Shown in pieces: positions 36,572 through 45,560 of a stretch of 63,098 bases of DNA. Both the position numbers and the translations under genes were made by a program. The notes under the pieces are model-generated. The model made no database searches. It was given only the letters and a program-made list of their open reading frames with translations, and was not told the DNA's origin. The stretch is from assembly GCA_021803245.1 (NCBI GenBank), contig JAJZLT010000016.1, positions 1 to 63,098 of the forward strand, read 5' to 3'. Position 1 is the stretch's first letter. Every line of letters starts with the position of its first letter. The stretch comes from Candidatus Micrarchaeota archaeon (GTDB lineage Archaea; Micrarchaeota; Micrarchaeia; Micrarchaeales; CABMGC01).

Positions 36572-37177
36572 TTGGATAGCATGGTTTTGTTCTCAGGATA
36601 TTTGGTGTTTCTAGCCGCATTCGCATCGCTGGCCAGCGGAGGCGTATACATATATGCAATGTTGAAAGGGAGCGCCAAGCCAAACAGGATAACGTGGCTG
36701 ATGTGGACCATAGCCCCCTTAATTGCATCGGCAGCGGAAGTTTCAAGCAAAGTAGGGCTGGCAGTAATACCTATTTTCATAAACGGATTTACGCCTTTGC
36801 TAATATTTTTGTCGTCTTTTGCGGTAAAAAAGGCTTACTGGAAGGTAAGAAAATCGGATTATGTCTTTGGCCTCTTATCCGCCGCAGCCATCCTGCTATG
36901 GTATATAACAAAGGCACCGGATATAGCGATATTATTCTCTATCGCTGCCGACGGACTGGCAGGAATGCCAACCATCATTAAGGCGCGGCGAAACCCTAAA
37001 ACAGAATCGATTTGGATATATGCCTCGGGAGCCTTTTCCGCCATTACCGCTTATACGGCAATCAATGTATGGACTTTTTCGGCTTATGCATTTCCAACAT
37101 ACCTTCTTATTTTAAATTTGATAATTATATTTACTGTCAAACATGGAAAGGCATCAAAATGGCTGAATAGTGAATGA
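36572..37177 (+). CDS. Integral membrane protein (about 6 TM), unknown function
   Basis: Hydrophobic throughout, with coding-like composition. Confidence 0.55.
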   Translation: MDSMVLFSGYLVFLAAFASLASGGVYIYAMLKGSAKPNRITWLMWTIAPLIASAAEVSSKVGLAVIPIFINGFTPLLIFLSSFAVKKAYWKVRKSDYVFGLLSAAAILLWYITKAPDIAILFSIAADGLAGMPTIIKARRNPKTESIWIYASGAFSAITAYTAINVWTFSAYAFPTYLLILNLIIIFTVKHGKASKWLNSE

Positions 37178-37353
37178 CGGCAATAAATGCTGCAGGGGAG
37201 CGTGCAATTTATTGCTTCTTTTATTTAAAGAAGCTGCCATTTGTCGTAATATAACCCAGATGCCAGCTAGGCAGATACATATAGGAAATCCTATAGATTT
37301 AAATACTTGCAGTTTACAATATATGATGTCCTATATTGTTGGCTGGTGGATTT

Positions 37354-38301
37354 ATGGCATTGGAAGAATTTGAAAACAAGATAACAAGAGCAGTGGAAGA
37401 GCTGTACGAGAGCGTTGTTACTATAAGGAGCATCAGGGCACGAAGAGAGCATCCATTCAGTAGCGCGCCAATTCATGGAGCCGGATCAGGGTTTATAGTG
37501 GATTCTAAAGGCTACGTAGTTACAAACTATCATGTTGTTGAAGGGGCAGGAAGAGTCGACGTTGTAACTAAGGATGGAAAGGCGTATTCTGGAGATATTA
37601 TAGGGGCAGACCAGGAAACTGATGTGGCTCTGATAAAGATAGCTGGGAAAGGCTTGCATGCAGCAAAGCTGGGCGATTCCGAGAAGCTGAAGGTAGGCCA
37701 GTTTGCGCTAGCTATAGGGAATTCGCTCGATATGCCGGGCGGTGCAACGGTTTCTGTAGGCGTGGTAAGCGCACTGGGGAGGCCGCTCCCATGGGCTGAT
37801 TTCATCTTCGAAGGACTGGTTCAGACCGATGCGGCGATAAATCCGGGCAACAGCGGAGGCCCGCTTGCAGACTCCGAAGGAAATGTAATAGGTATTAATA
37901 CGGCCATGGTGCCGTTTGCTCAGGGAGTGGGCTTTGCAATACCGATAAATACGGCAAGATGGGTAATGGACCAGATCTTGAAGAATGGCAGGGTTATAAG
38001 GCCTGCACTCGGCATTTCTGTGCTGAACATGAATCATGAACTTGCCATAAGATTCGGCGTTCCTGCGGAATCTGGAGTGATAGTTGCAGATGTGCTTCAA
38101 GGAGGGCCTGCAGATGCCTCCGGATTGAGGCCAGGAGATATAATACAGAGGATAGGAGGATATGAAATCAGGGATATAAAGGGGCTCCTTGTTGCCCTCT
38201 CAAAAATACTTATACAAAAAGGTGTAAGTGTAGAATTCTTAAGGAACGGCAGGAGAATGGAGGCGCTGATAAAACCAGTGGAGAGGCCTATAGAGAACTG
38301 A
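37354..38301 (+). CDS. HtrA/DegP-family serine protease with PDZ domain
   Basis: GSGFIVDSKGYVVTNYHVV (His), DVALIKI (Asp), GNSGGPL (Ser), and C-terminal PDZ (GVIVADVLQGGPADASGLRPGDII). Confidence 0.9.
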   Translation: MALEEFENKITRAVEELYESVVTIRSIRARREHPFSSAPIHGAGSGFIVDSKGYVVTNYHVVEGAGRVDVVTKDGKAYSGDIIGADQETDVALIKIAGKGLHAAKLGDSEKLKVGQFALAIGNSLDMPGGATVSVGVVSALGRPLPWADFIFEGLVQTDAAINPGNSGGPLADSEGNVIGINTAMVPFAQGVGFAIPINTARWVMDQILKNGRVIRPALGISVLNMNHELAIRFGVPAESGVIVADVLQGGPADASGLRPGDIIQRIGGYEIRDIKGLLVALSKILIQKGVSVEFLRNGRRMEALIKPVERPIEN

Positions 38302-38359
38302 TAGGATGATAGGCAGAGCATCGTGAAGGCGCGCCTGGCCAACAATTAGGAGTACTTGC

Positions 38360-38484
38360 GGCATGCGAATATGTTAGTATTGGAAAGAGCCTGCCTGAAA
38401 GATAACAGCATAAAGCCAGGAACTTTCATCAGGGCAAAAATCCTGACTGCAGAATCACCTTTATATGAGGCAGGCTCGCATGCC
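38360..38484. ncRNA. Candidate structured RNA or DNA element (nested long-range helices)
   Basis: GGCATGCGA (38360-38368) and AGCCTGCCT (38388-38396) are both complementary to the contiguous AGGCAGGCTCGCATGCC (38468-38484). Inner hairpins are TGAAAG...CTTTCA and CAGG-GCAAAAAT-CCTG. Confidence 0.25.
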
Positions 38485-38590
38485 ATTCCTCGCACTATTT
38501 CAGGCTAATATATATTTATGTGATGCGCAGTGTTGCCGCATGAAATGGCGTGTTTTATAAAGGTGCATTACCAATATTCATTGTGGTTTA

Positions 38591-38764
38591 ATGGCAAAAC
38601 TCTATAGATGCCTGAACTGTGGAGATGCAGTAAGCGGGAGGGCCTTCTATTGCGATGGATGCAGCGGATATGTCTGCACTAATTGCGTAGTGTCGCAGGA
38701 CGGCGCCGAATACACATGCCCGAACTGCGGAAGCAGCGTTCAGCAAATGGTCGTGCAGAGTTGA
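38591..38764 (+). CDS. Small four-CxxC zinc-ribbon protein (57 aa, below the ORF-track cutoff)
   Basis: Hand translation gives MAKLYRCLNCGDAVSGRAFYCDGCSGYVCTNCVVSQDGAEYTCPNCGSSVQQMVVQS. Confidence 0.5.
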   Translation: MAKLYRCLNCGDAVSGRAFYCDGCSGYVCTNCVVSQDGAEYTCPNCGSSVQQMVVQS

Positions 38765-38830
38765 CTTTGAATTTACATTGTAAAACAGGTTATGCGAGGT
38801 TAGCCGTCTTTATCTCTTATCGATGGGGCC

Positions 38831-39808
38831 ATGAAACATATAGATCCGCATGTGCATTGCAGAGACTGGGAGCAGTCGTATAAGGCAACTATAAGGTCGG
38901 TTACTGAAACCGCAAGGAGCCAGGGGATAGTGGCATTTGTGGATATGCCTAATACTAGCCCGAGCATAACCAACGAAGAGCTTGTAAAGCGCAGGCTTGA
39001 TACCGCCAGGAAGGAAGGCTGTCTTGAGGGCTACTACCTTTACATAGGTGTTACCAACGACCCAAGCCAGATAAAAGAGGCAGCAAGGATAGCAGAAACT
39101 AATCCAAGAGTGGCTGGAATCAAGATGTTTGCCGGCAGGTCTACAGGGAGCCTTGCCATTACAGACGAAAAGGCACAAGCGCAAGTGTATCGGGTTCTCT
39201 CTGATGCAGGATACGAAGGAGTGCTGGCAGTCCACTGTGAGAAGGAAAGCCTGTTCAAGCCGGAACTTTGGGACCCCTCCAGGCCATATACGTGGAATCT
39301 TGCAAGGCCTCCTGAAGCGGAAGTGGAATCAGTAAGGGATCAGATAAGATTTGCCGCTGAAGCAGGAATGGGCGCGCATCTGCATATTCTTCACGTAACC
39401 GTGCCTGAAGCAGTAGAGTTGATAAGCGATGCACGCGGCGCTATGAAGATAAGCTGCGGAGTTACGCCGCACCACCTTACCATTTCAACAGATGAGATGC
39501 AGGACGCTTCCGGGCTCGTATACAAGGTAAATCCGCCCATAAGGGAACCAGGATATACTGAAGAGCTTGTCAGATTACTCAGGGAAGGGAAGATAGACTG
39601 GATTGAAACCGATCACGCACCCCATGCGCCTGCGGAGAAGGTTTATGACCCTTCCAAATCCCCTACACAGTATATGTCTGGAATTCCCAGTATGAACTCC
39701 TATTCATTATTCCTAAAGAGCCTTTCAAAGCAGGGATTCACGCGTGACAAGATAGAGCGGCTTACATATTCCAACATTAAAAATGTGATAAGGAAGATAA
39801 CTGAATAA
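38831..39808 (+). CDS. pyrC: Dihydroorotase (short form lacking the N-terminal composite domain)
   Basis: DPHVHCRD, MPNTSP, IKMF (carbamyl-Lys position), HCE, HILHVT, TPHHL, NPPIR and ETDHAPH. Confidence 0.8.
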   Translation: MKHIDPHVHCRDWEQSYKATIRSVTETARSQGIVAFVDMPNTSPSITNEELVKRRLDTARKEGCLEGYYLYIGVTNDPSQIKEAARIAETNPRVAGIKMFAGRSTGSLAITDEKAQAQVYRVLSDAGYEGVLAVHCEKESLFKPELWDPSRPYTWNLARPPEAEVESVRDQIRFAAEAGMGAHLHILHVTVPEAVELISDARGAMKISCGVTPHHLTISTDEMQDASGLVYKVNPPIREPGYTEELVRLLREGKIDWIETDHAPHAPAEKVYDPSKSPTQYMSGIPSMNSYSLFLKSLSKQGFTRDKIERLTYSNIKNVIRKITE

Positions 39809-39823
39809 GGAAAGAATGGTTTT

Positions 39824-40657
39824 ATGAGAATCTTAATAACTAAGATGCATGGACTTGGAAACAGCTACCTCATAATGGAGGATTTGGAGAGATCGCTTGA
39901 ACAGTATTATCAGGCATTGTCTAAGAAACTCTCCAGCAAAGATTACGGCATTGGCTCGGATGGTATGCTTGTGGTAAACAATAGCAAAAGCAAAATTGCA
40001 AAGTACAGGATGCGTGTCTTTAATCCTGATGGAAGCGAAGCAGAGATGTCAGGAAATGGGGCCAGGATCTTTGGAAGCTATCTCTACAGGAAGAAGCTCG
40101 TAGAAGATATGTGCACTGTAGAAGCCGGAGGTAGCAACGGCGGCAGGTTGCTAAGTGTAGAAATAGAGAATGAGGAGTATGTGGGCGTTGACGTAGGCGA
40201 GGCAAGGCTGCTGGGTGAACTGTCCGTACTGGCTGGAAAGCGCAGACTGAAAGGAAGCGTAGTCAATGTGGGAAACCCGCATTTTGTGGTATTTGTGGGG
40301 GACGAAAATAATGCGTTTGACGATGCACTAAAATATGGCAGATTAATAGAGACAAGCAAGGCATTTGCACCTGCAGGCACAAATGCGGAATTTGTTTTTG
40401 TGTCTGGAAGGCATGACCTCTCAATGGGAGTATGGGAGCGTGGAGTTGGCGTGACTTCCTCTTGCGGAAGTGGAGCCTGCGCAGCAGCATATGCCGCTGT
40501 CAAAAAGAATTTGGTGGAGAATCCTGTTCAGGTCAAAGTTGCCGGAGGCATTCTTGTGGTAAGGGCCGGGGAGAAAAAGGTGTTCCTCTCAGGCCCAGTA
40601 GAATACATTATGGAATGCAGGATTGATACTGAGGATATACTTCCGCATAAGACGTAA
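39824..40657 (+). CDS. dapF: Diaminopimelate epimerase family protein (first catalytic Cys replaced by Ser)
   Basis: MHGLGNSY, FNPDGSEAEMSGNGAR, VNVGNPHFVVFV, ERGVGVTSSCGSGACAAA. Confidence 0.8.
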   Translation: MRILITKMHGLGNSYLIMEDLERSLEQYYQALSKKLSSKDYGIGSDGMLVVNNSKSKIAKYRMRVFNPDGSEAEMSGNGARIFGSYLYRKKLVEDMCTVEAGGSNGGRLLSVEIENEEYVGVDVGEARLLGELSVLAGKRRLKGSVVNVGNPHFVVFVGDENNAFDDALKYGRLIETSKAFAPAGTNAEFVFVSGRHDLSMGVWERGVGVTSSCGSGACAAAYAAVKKNLVENPVQVKVAGGILVVRAGEKKVFLSGPVEYIMECRIDTEDILPHKT

Positions 40658-41007
40658 TTCTTTACGGCATTTGCGCATGTCGCTTCTCCATTGGCTTCGC
40701 ATGTCCCATATTGGCAAGCGTATATCATTCGCTATGTATTCCTGTCCTTCTTTACAAATATACGCGGCTTATCCTCTTTCTCCGTAATCGCAACATGCCA
40801 TAACATTGTATCCAGCATTAAACAGGAAAAGGTAAAGCCGGAGTCTTATGGGATTGGAGTGGCGGTGAAAGAATGGGGCGGGTAGGGATGAGAATAGTAT
40901 ATTATCCTTCCACGCCATACCAAAACCCAGTATATATTTCTCTTTTGCAATTTATATACTGTTTGAAAATTTGCAATTGGTTTGGCAAAACGTGTTATTT
41001 TGTAAAT

Positions 41008-42066
41008 TCATGCTCTCTGAAAAGTTTCTTCTCCAAAATCAGCAATCCATGCAACCTTATTGTACTCCTTGCGTATGTCGACATTCCTTATCGGGATCCT
41101 GCCAAGAAGCACATCGCTTACCTCAGCATAATCGATCTTTATGCCGTTCTCCGCAAACAGCCTTTTATGATATCGGATATCGGCTTTGTATGCAATATCG
41201 CTATTATCGAAGACACCGAGCGTGAAGAAGTCGTAGTTGCCTATCAGGGGTGCACAGATAAGATACCTGCTTAAGAGAGGGTTCTCATCGTCGCTCATGA
41301 AGGCGAGGCGTGCGCGCGCGGACTCATTCTCATACTCTTCCGAGAGCGTGTAGCTGCTGAAGAACGTCATAAACGAAATGCCCTTTATCAGGCTCATGGT
41401 TATTGTTGGCCTTTTTATGTAGCCCAGCTCTATAAGCTTGTAATAGTTGTATTTTACGGTGTTAAAATGCATTCCCAATTCCTTTGAAATTTGTTGGAAG
41501 GACATTCTGGAATTTTCATTTAGAAGCCTTAGTATCGACTTGTATTTGCCGTCTATTCTGGATTTTGATATTGCCTCATCGCGTACCGGGAAGAATCCAA
41601 GCTGCCTGTGCACGACTTCCGACTGCCTCCACTCGGTGTTATACTCGCCTAGCAATATTCTCATGCTCCTGTCCCATTTTACGTAATCCCTGGAGGAGAA
41701 TGCATTTGCATAAATCACCATATCGTACGCGCCTTTCGTAGCAAACGCCAGCTGCGGAACATATGATTTGAGAAGCAATTCTTTTATTTTCCCGTAATCA
41801 GACGGCTTCTGCCTGAATCTCACAGCGATCAAGTGCGGGTTCGAAAACCCAAGCATGCGCTCATCCATTTCCAGAGTATACTTCATGCCAAGCCCGCTTT
41901 GCAGTTTGGAAAGCCTCTCCTTGGCGGTGGGCCGGGATATGCCTGTCTTTGCGGCTATCTCCATAACGGGCATGCGTGCATTTTCAGAGAGCAACCTGGT
42001 AATTTTTCTTGAGACAATGCTATAGTCCTTGTTAAAGCGGCTCTGAATCTTGTACTCCTCTGACAT
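41008..42066 (-). CDS. Double Lrp/AsnC-type HTH transcriptional regulator
   Basis: Two HTH units: KITRLLSENARMPVMEIAAKTGISRPTAKERLSKL and ILRLLNENSRMSFQQISKELGMHFNTVKYNYYKL. Confidence 0.7.
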   Translation of the reverse strand: MSEEYKIQSRFNKDYSIVSRKITRLLSENARMPVMEIAAKTGISRPTAKERLSKLQSGLGMKYTLEMDERMLGFSNPHLIAVRFRQKPSDYGKIKELLLKSYVPQLAFATKGAYDMVIYANAFSSRDYVKWDRSMRILLGEYNTEWRQSEVVHRQLGFFPVRDEAISKSRIDGKYKSILRLLNENSRMSFQQISKELGMHFNTVKYNYYKLIELGYIKRPTITMSLIKGISFMTFFSSYTLSEEYENESARARLAFMSDDENPLLSRYLICAPLIGNYDFFTLGVFDNSDIAYKADIRYHKRLFAENGIKIDYAEVSDVLLGRIPIRNVDIRKEYNKVAWIADFGEETFQRA

Positions 42067-42155
42067 AAGATTATATGGAAGCCAATCATTATAATACTTT
42101 CAAAATAACTAAAATTAACATCTAAATTGCATAATAATGGAGCGTTTAAATTAAT

Positions 42156-43439
42156 ATGCAGATGATTAACCTTATGCAGATAAAATTAAGGGCATACTTA
42201 TTCATAACATTCTCGCTGGTTGGAGGGGCTCTCTTTCCACTGGCGTTAAAGGTAGCAGATAACAACGGAATCAGCATATTCGCTTTTATGTTCATGGCCT
42301 ACCTTATAGCGGCTCCGGCTTCCCTGCTCCTCGTACTTGCCCGGAAGAAAGCCGCCAAGCTGAGAGGCTATCTGATGAATCCCAAGGAATTCCTTCTGAT
42401 AGGGACGATGGGTTTTCTGAGTGTTGCATTTGCCGACTATGGGCTTATCTACGCGGAGCAATTTGTAAGCGCTTCACTGGCAACTGTTATATACAGGATG
42501 CAGCCGCTGCTAATGCTGCTTTTCCTGCCCATTCTGCTCAAGGAAAAGGTATCGAAGATACAGATAGCTGCACTTGCGATAGCATTTGTAGGCATTTACA
42601 TCGCATTGACCGGAGGCAGTTTTTCTGTCTTTTCAGGCGCAAATGAGTTAACCATAACATTCCTCGTTTTTATGACTTTGATTGTCTCGTTCTCCACAGT
42701 TTTTCTGAAACGGTATACCTCAGATATGGAAAGCTCCATGTTTATGTTTAATATAGTAGCCCTTGCCATAGCTTCTTTCCTCTTTATTTACAGCGGTGCT
42801 GCCTTTCCGATACTGAATCCAGGCACATTTGCAGCACTTCTTTATATAGGCATTATTGCGAATATAGCGGTGCCGTTCTTCTATTACAGCTCCTTCAGGG
42901 TGCTGAAAACCACATTCGTTACAAATCTTTACTTCCTCTCCCCATTTATAACAATACTTTTTGCAGGGTTGCTTTTGAACGAACCCATTTATGCCTATTA
43001 CCTGATCATAGCAGTATTGGTAGCTATTGGCATATCCATACAGCGGCTGGATAAGAAAGGGGGCACCTATGTTTCCAGGGGCAGCAAGGCAGCAGAGAAC
43101 TATCTTCAGATATTTGACGTTACAAGCGCATTCACGAACACCAAAGTTGGTGCGATAGATACAACTATGCGCGGCAGCGGGAGGGTATTGGCAGTGAAGC
43201 TTGATAGCAGATCCTACGAGAGGATAAAGGAAGAGGTAAGGAAAGAGCTGGAGAGACTAGGCCGGCCTCTCTTTATTTATACCAATTCCGATGGGCATCT
43301 TGTAAGTGAAGAGGAGAATAAGTTTATATCCGACATACTTGAAGTAAGGGAAAATGAGACTGTGCTTATGAGCGCAGGAAATCCCGAAGAAAGCGAGAGA
43401 CTGTTTGACGATGTAAACAACAGGCTTCTTGGGGATTGA
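42156..43439 (+). CDS. EamA/DMT-family transporter with an approximately 130-aa C-terminal cytoplasmic extension
   Basis: Ten hydrophobic segments arranged as two five-TM halves, then a charged soluble tail. Confidence 0.7.
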   Translation: MQMINLMQIKLRAYLFITFSLVGGALFPLALKVADNNGISIFAFMFMAYLIAAPASLLLVLARKKAAKLRGYLMNPKEFLLIGTMGFLSVAFADYGLIYAEQFVSASLATVIYRMQPLLMLLFLPILLKEKVSKIQIAALAIAFVGIYIALTGGSFSVFSGANELTITFLVFMTLIVSFSTVFLKRYTSDMESSMFMFNIVALAIASFLFIYSGAAFPILNPGTFAALLYIGIIANIAVPFFYYSSFRVLKTTFVTNLYFLSPFITILFAGLLLNEPIYAYYLIIAVLVAIGISIQRLDKKGGTYVSRGSKAAENYLQIFDVTSAFTNTKVGAIDTTMRGSGRVLAVKLDSRSYERIKEEVRKELERLGRPLFIYTNSDGHLVSEEENKFISDILEVRENETVLMSAGNPEESERLFDDVNNRLLGD

Positions 43440-44321
43440 CTATTCAAGGCCGCTGATAGCGCGCGCAATGTCCGGGGAGACATCGAATACGCTCGCACTT
43501 TCATACGGCACTGTGTTCGACCCGTATATCTTTGAGACTCCTGCATTTTTCAACTTTCCATAGGCGTCGTTAACCATTAGGAGATGCGCTGCCGCAGCGA
43601 AAATATCTTTAGCGCCGTTTGCCTTAAGCAGCCTGGCTGCTGCCACGATTGTTCCGCCGGTTGTTATCATATCGTCAACTATAACCGCCACTTTGCCTTC
43701 TGGATCCTTCCTTAACGATTCTACTATCTTAACCTCGCCTGTCTTCCTATCCCTTTCCTTATCTATGTAATCGCATTCGCATCCCAATTCCTCTGCAAGC
43801 GACATTGCACGCGGATAACTGCTCCTGTCAGGAGCGAGCACGAATGGCTCATCCACATCTTTCCTTAGTTTCTCAGCCAGCGGCCTTGTCATCCCTATCA
43901 AGGCAACCTTACCTCTGAAAATTGTCTCCAGGTCAGGCTTATGTGGCTCTACTGTTACCAATGAGCCTATCCCCGCATTATCGAAGAGCTTCAGCACAGT
44001 CTTTATGCTTACCGGCTCGCCGTCGCTAAATTGCTTGTTCTGCCTCGCATAGGCAAGGTACGGAACAACAGCAGTTATGCTCTTTGCGCCCATCGCTTTT
44101 ACCGTATCGGCCATGAGGAGCAGCTCAATTATGTGTTTGTCCTGCGGCTGGTATGTTGACTGCACTATTACCACGTTATCGGGATCATGAAGCTCGGGTA
44201 TCCGCAGATATGATTCGCTGTCAGGGAAGATCTTATGCTCTGTGGAGAGATACTCACTTCCCAATATTCTTGCAACCTCTCTGCCTATGCCATTGCCTGC
44301 CGGGCCGTCTATTATTATCAT
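43440..44321 (-). CDS. prs: Ribose-phosphate pyrophosphokinase
   Basis: VVPYLAYARQ and the PRPP loop VIVDDMITTGGT. ATG at 44321 (MIIIDGPAG) is preferred. Confidence 0.9.
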   Translation of the reverse strand: MIIIDGPAGNGIGREVARILGSEYLSTEHKIFPDSESYLRIPELHDPDNVVIVQSTYQPQDKHIIELLLMADTVKAMGAKSITAVVPYLAYARQNKQFSDGEPVSIKTVLKLFDNAGIGSLVTVEPHKPDLETIFRGKVALIGMTRPLAEKLRKDVDEPFVLAPDRSSYPRAMSLAEELGCECDYIDKERDRKTGEVKIVESLRKDPEGKVAVIVDDMITTGGTIVAAARLLKANGAKDIFAAAAHLLMVNDAYGKLKNAGVSKIYGSNTVPYESASVFDVSPDIARAISGLE

Positions 44322-44322
44322 A

Positions 44323-44790
44323 CTATTTCCTTTTGCTGAATTTTTTCTCAATATTATTTATTTTCTCTATTCTTCTCTTGTGCCTCTCTTCCTCGCTGAA
44401 GCCATTCTTCAGCCAGGCCTCCACAATCTTCTCTGCCATCTGTGGTCTTACAAACCTCTCGCCCATGCATAATACATTAACATTGCCGTGTTCTTTAGCA
44501 ACTACCGCAGATGCCTTGTTCCAGCAGACTGCCGCATGTATGCCCGGAATCTTATTTGCAGCTCTGTCCATGCCCTGGCCGGAGCCGCAGAGCAGTATGC
44601 CTTTGCCTTTAGAATTAAGCACCTTCCTGCAGACCTTGAGTGCGTAATCCGGATAATCATCTTCCTTGTTGTAAGAATATGGGCCCATGTCCTCTACACT
44701 ATAGCCTGCCTGCTTCAGAAACCTGCCTATTTTGTTTTTGAGGTTAAACCCGGCATGATCGCTGCCTATGTAGATTCTTGTCGAAGCCAC
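44323..44790 (-). CDS. rpiB: Ribose-5-phosphate isomerase B (RpiB/LacA family)
   Basis: IGSDHAGFNLK and CGSGQGM. Confidence 0.85.
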   Translation of the reverse strand: MASTRIYIGSDHAGFNLKNKIGRFLKQAGYSVEDMGPYSYNKEDDYPDYALKVCRKVLNSKGKGILLCGSGQGMDRAANKIPGIHAAVCWNKASAVVAKEHGNVNVLCMGERFVRPQMAEKIVEAWLKNGFSEEERHKRRIEKINNIEKKFSKRK

Positions 44791-44858
44791 TTTAACCTCC
44801 AGTCAATATAGAGAAAGCAGTATTTTAATATCTTGCGGGTTATCCGCGGCCGCCGAGG

Positions 44859-45551
44859 CTATTGCTTCTTAGCCATCTCTTTTATTTTTAGTACTATGCC
44901 GTAGTACCTTTGCGCTCCCTTTGAAAAGGCCCTTATCCTCTTTGACCTAAGCTCAAGATTCGAATTAAGCAGCGAGATCTCGCCCTTTTTCAGGAATCTC
45001 AGCAAGCTGCCTCTCCGCCTTGCAATCTCCTTTGATATGACCTCGGCTTCTCTCCTTTCCTTGTCTGACTTTACTGCGAGCGTGCTGGCTCTGTGCTCCA
45101 GTTTATGTATATGGTCATTAAGATGCTTCTCGACAGTGTCTGCATCTTTGGCCTTGAGGGTAAGCCCTGCAACAAAATAGCTCAGCGAATCAGGATCATG
45201 CGTGTACTTATAAGCGGCAGTTGCCGCCTCTATGGACGAGAGGTACCTCTGCAACTCGTCCCTCTCCATCTTTTTGGCATGTGCAATTACATTTGGCATG
45301 CACATGTATTCATACTCCAGTGTACCAAGCAGATTGTGCATCCTTGTCGCATGCTCCTCCAGCGCCGTTATTGCGACCGGCTTTGTACTTCCCTGCTGGG
45401 CCTTTCCTGCCCAATTTTCCTTGACCACCTGCCTCAGTATGTTTGTATAGAAATTATCTCTCTGCTGCGGCATCTGGATTTTTTCAATAGCCTTCTCTTG
45501 GGGCTTCTTTACGCTCTCACCAACAGAGCGTACCAGGGTTTCTACCATCAT
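44859..45551 (-). CDS. Hypothetical helical/coiled-coil protein (230 aa)
   Basis: Only the ORF supports it. Confidence 0.4.
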   Translation of the reverse strand: MMVETLVRSVGESVKKPQEKAIEKIQMPQQRDNFYTNILRQVVKENWAGKAQQGSTKPVAITALEEHATRMHNLLGTLEYEYMCMPNVIAHAKKMERDELQRYLSSIEAATAAYKYTHDPDSLSYFVAGLTLKAKDADTVEKHLNDHIHKLEHRASTLAVKSDKERREAEVISKEIARRRGSLLRFLKKGEISLLNSNLELRSKRIRAFSKGAQRYYGIVLKIKEMAKKQ

Positions 45552-45560
45552 GAATCTCCT

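Noticed and set aside
40658-41007. ORFs 40691-40885, 40873-41274 and 40971-41225 in or next to the dapF/regulator spacer.
   Set aside because: Their translations are low-complexity, they overlap the 3' end of the well-supported Lrp-like gene on the other strand, and they contain no motifs. The minus-strand reading of the spacer contains stops. They are probably non-coding.
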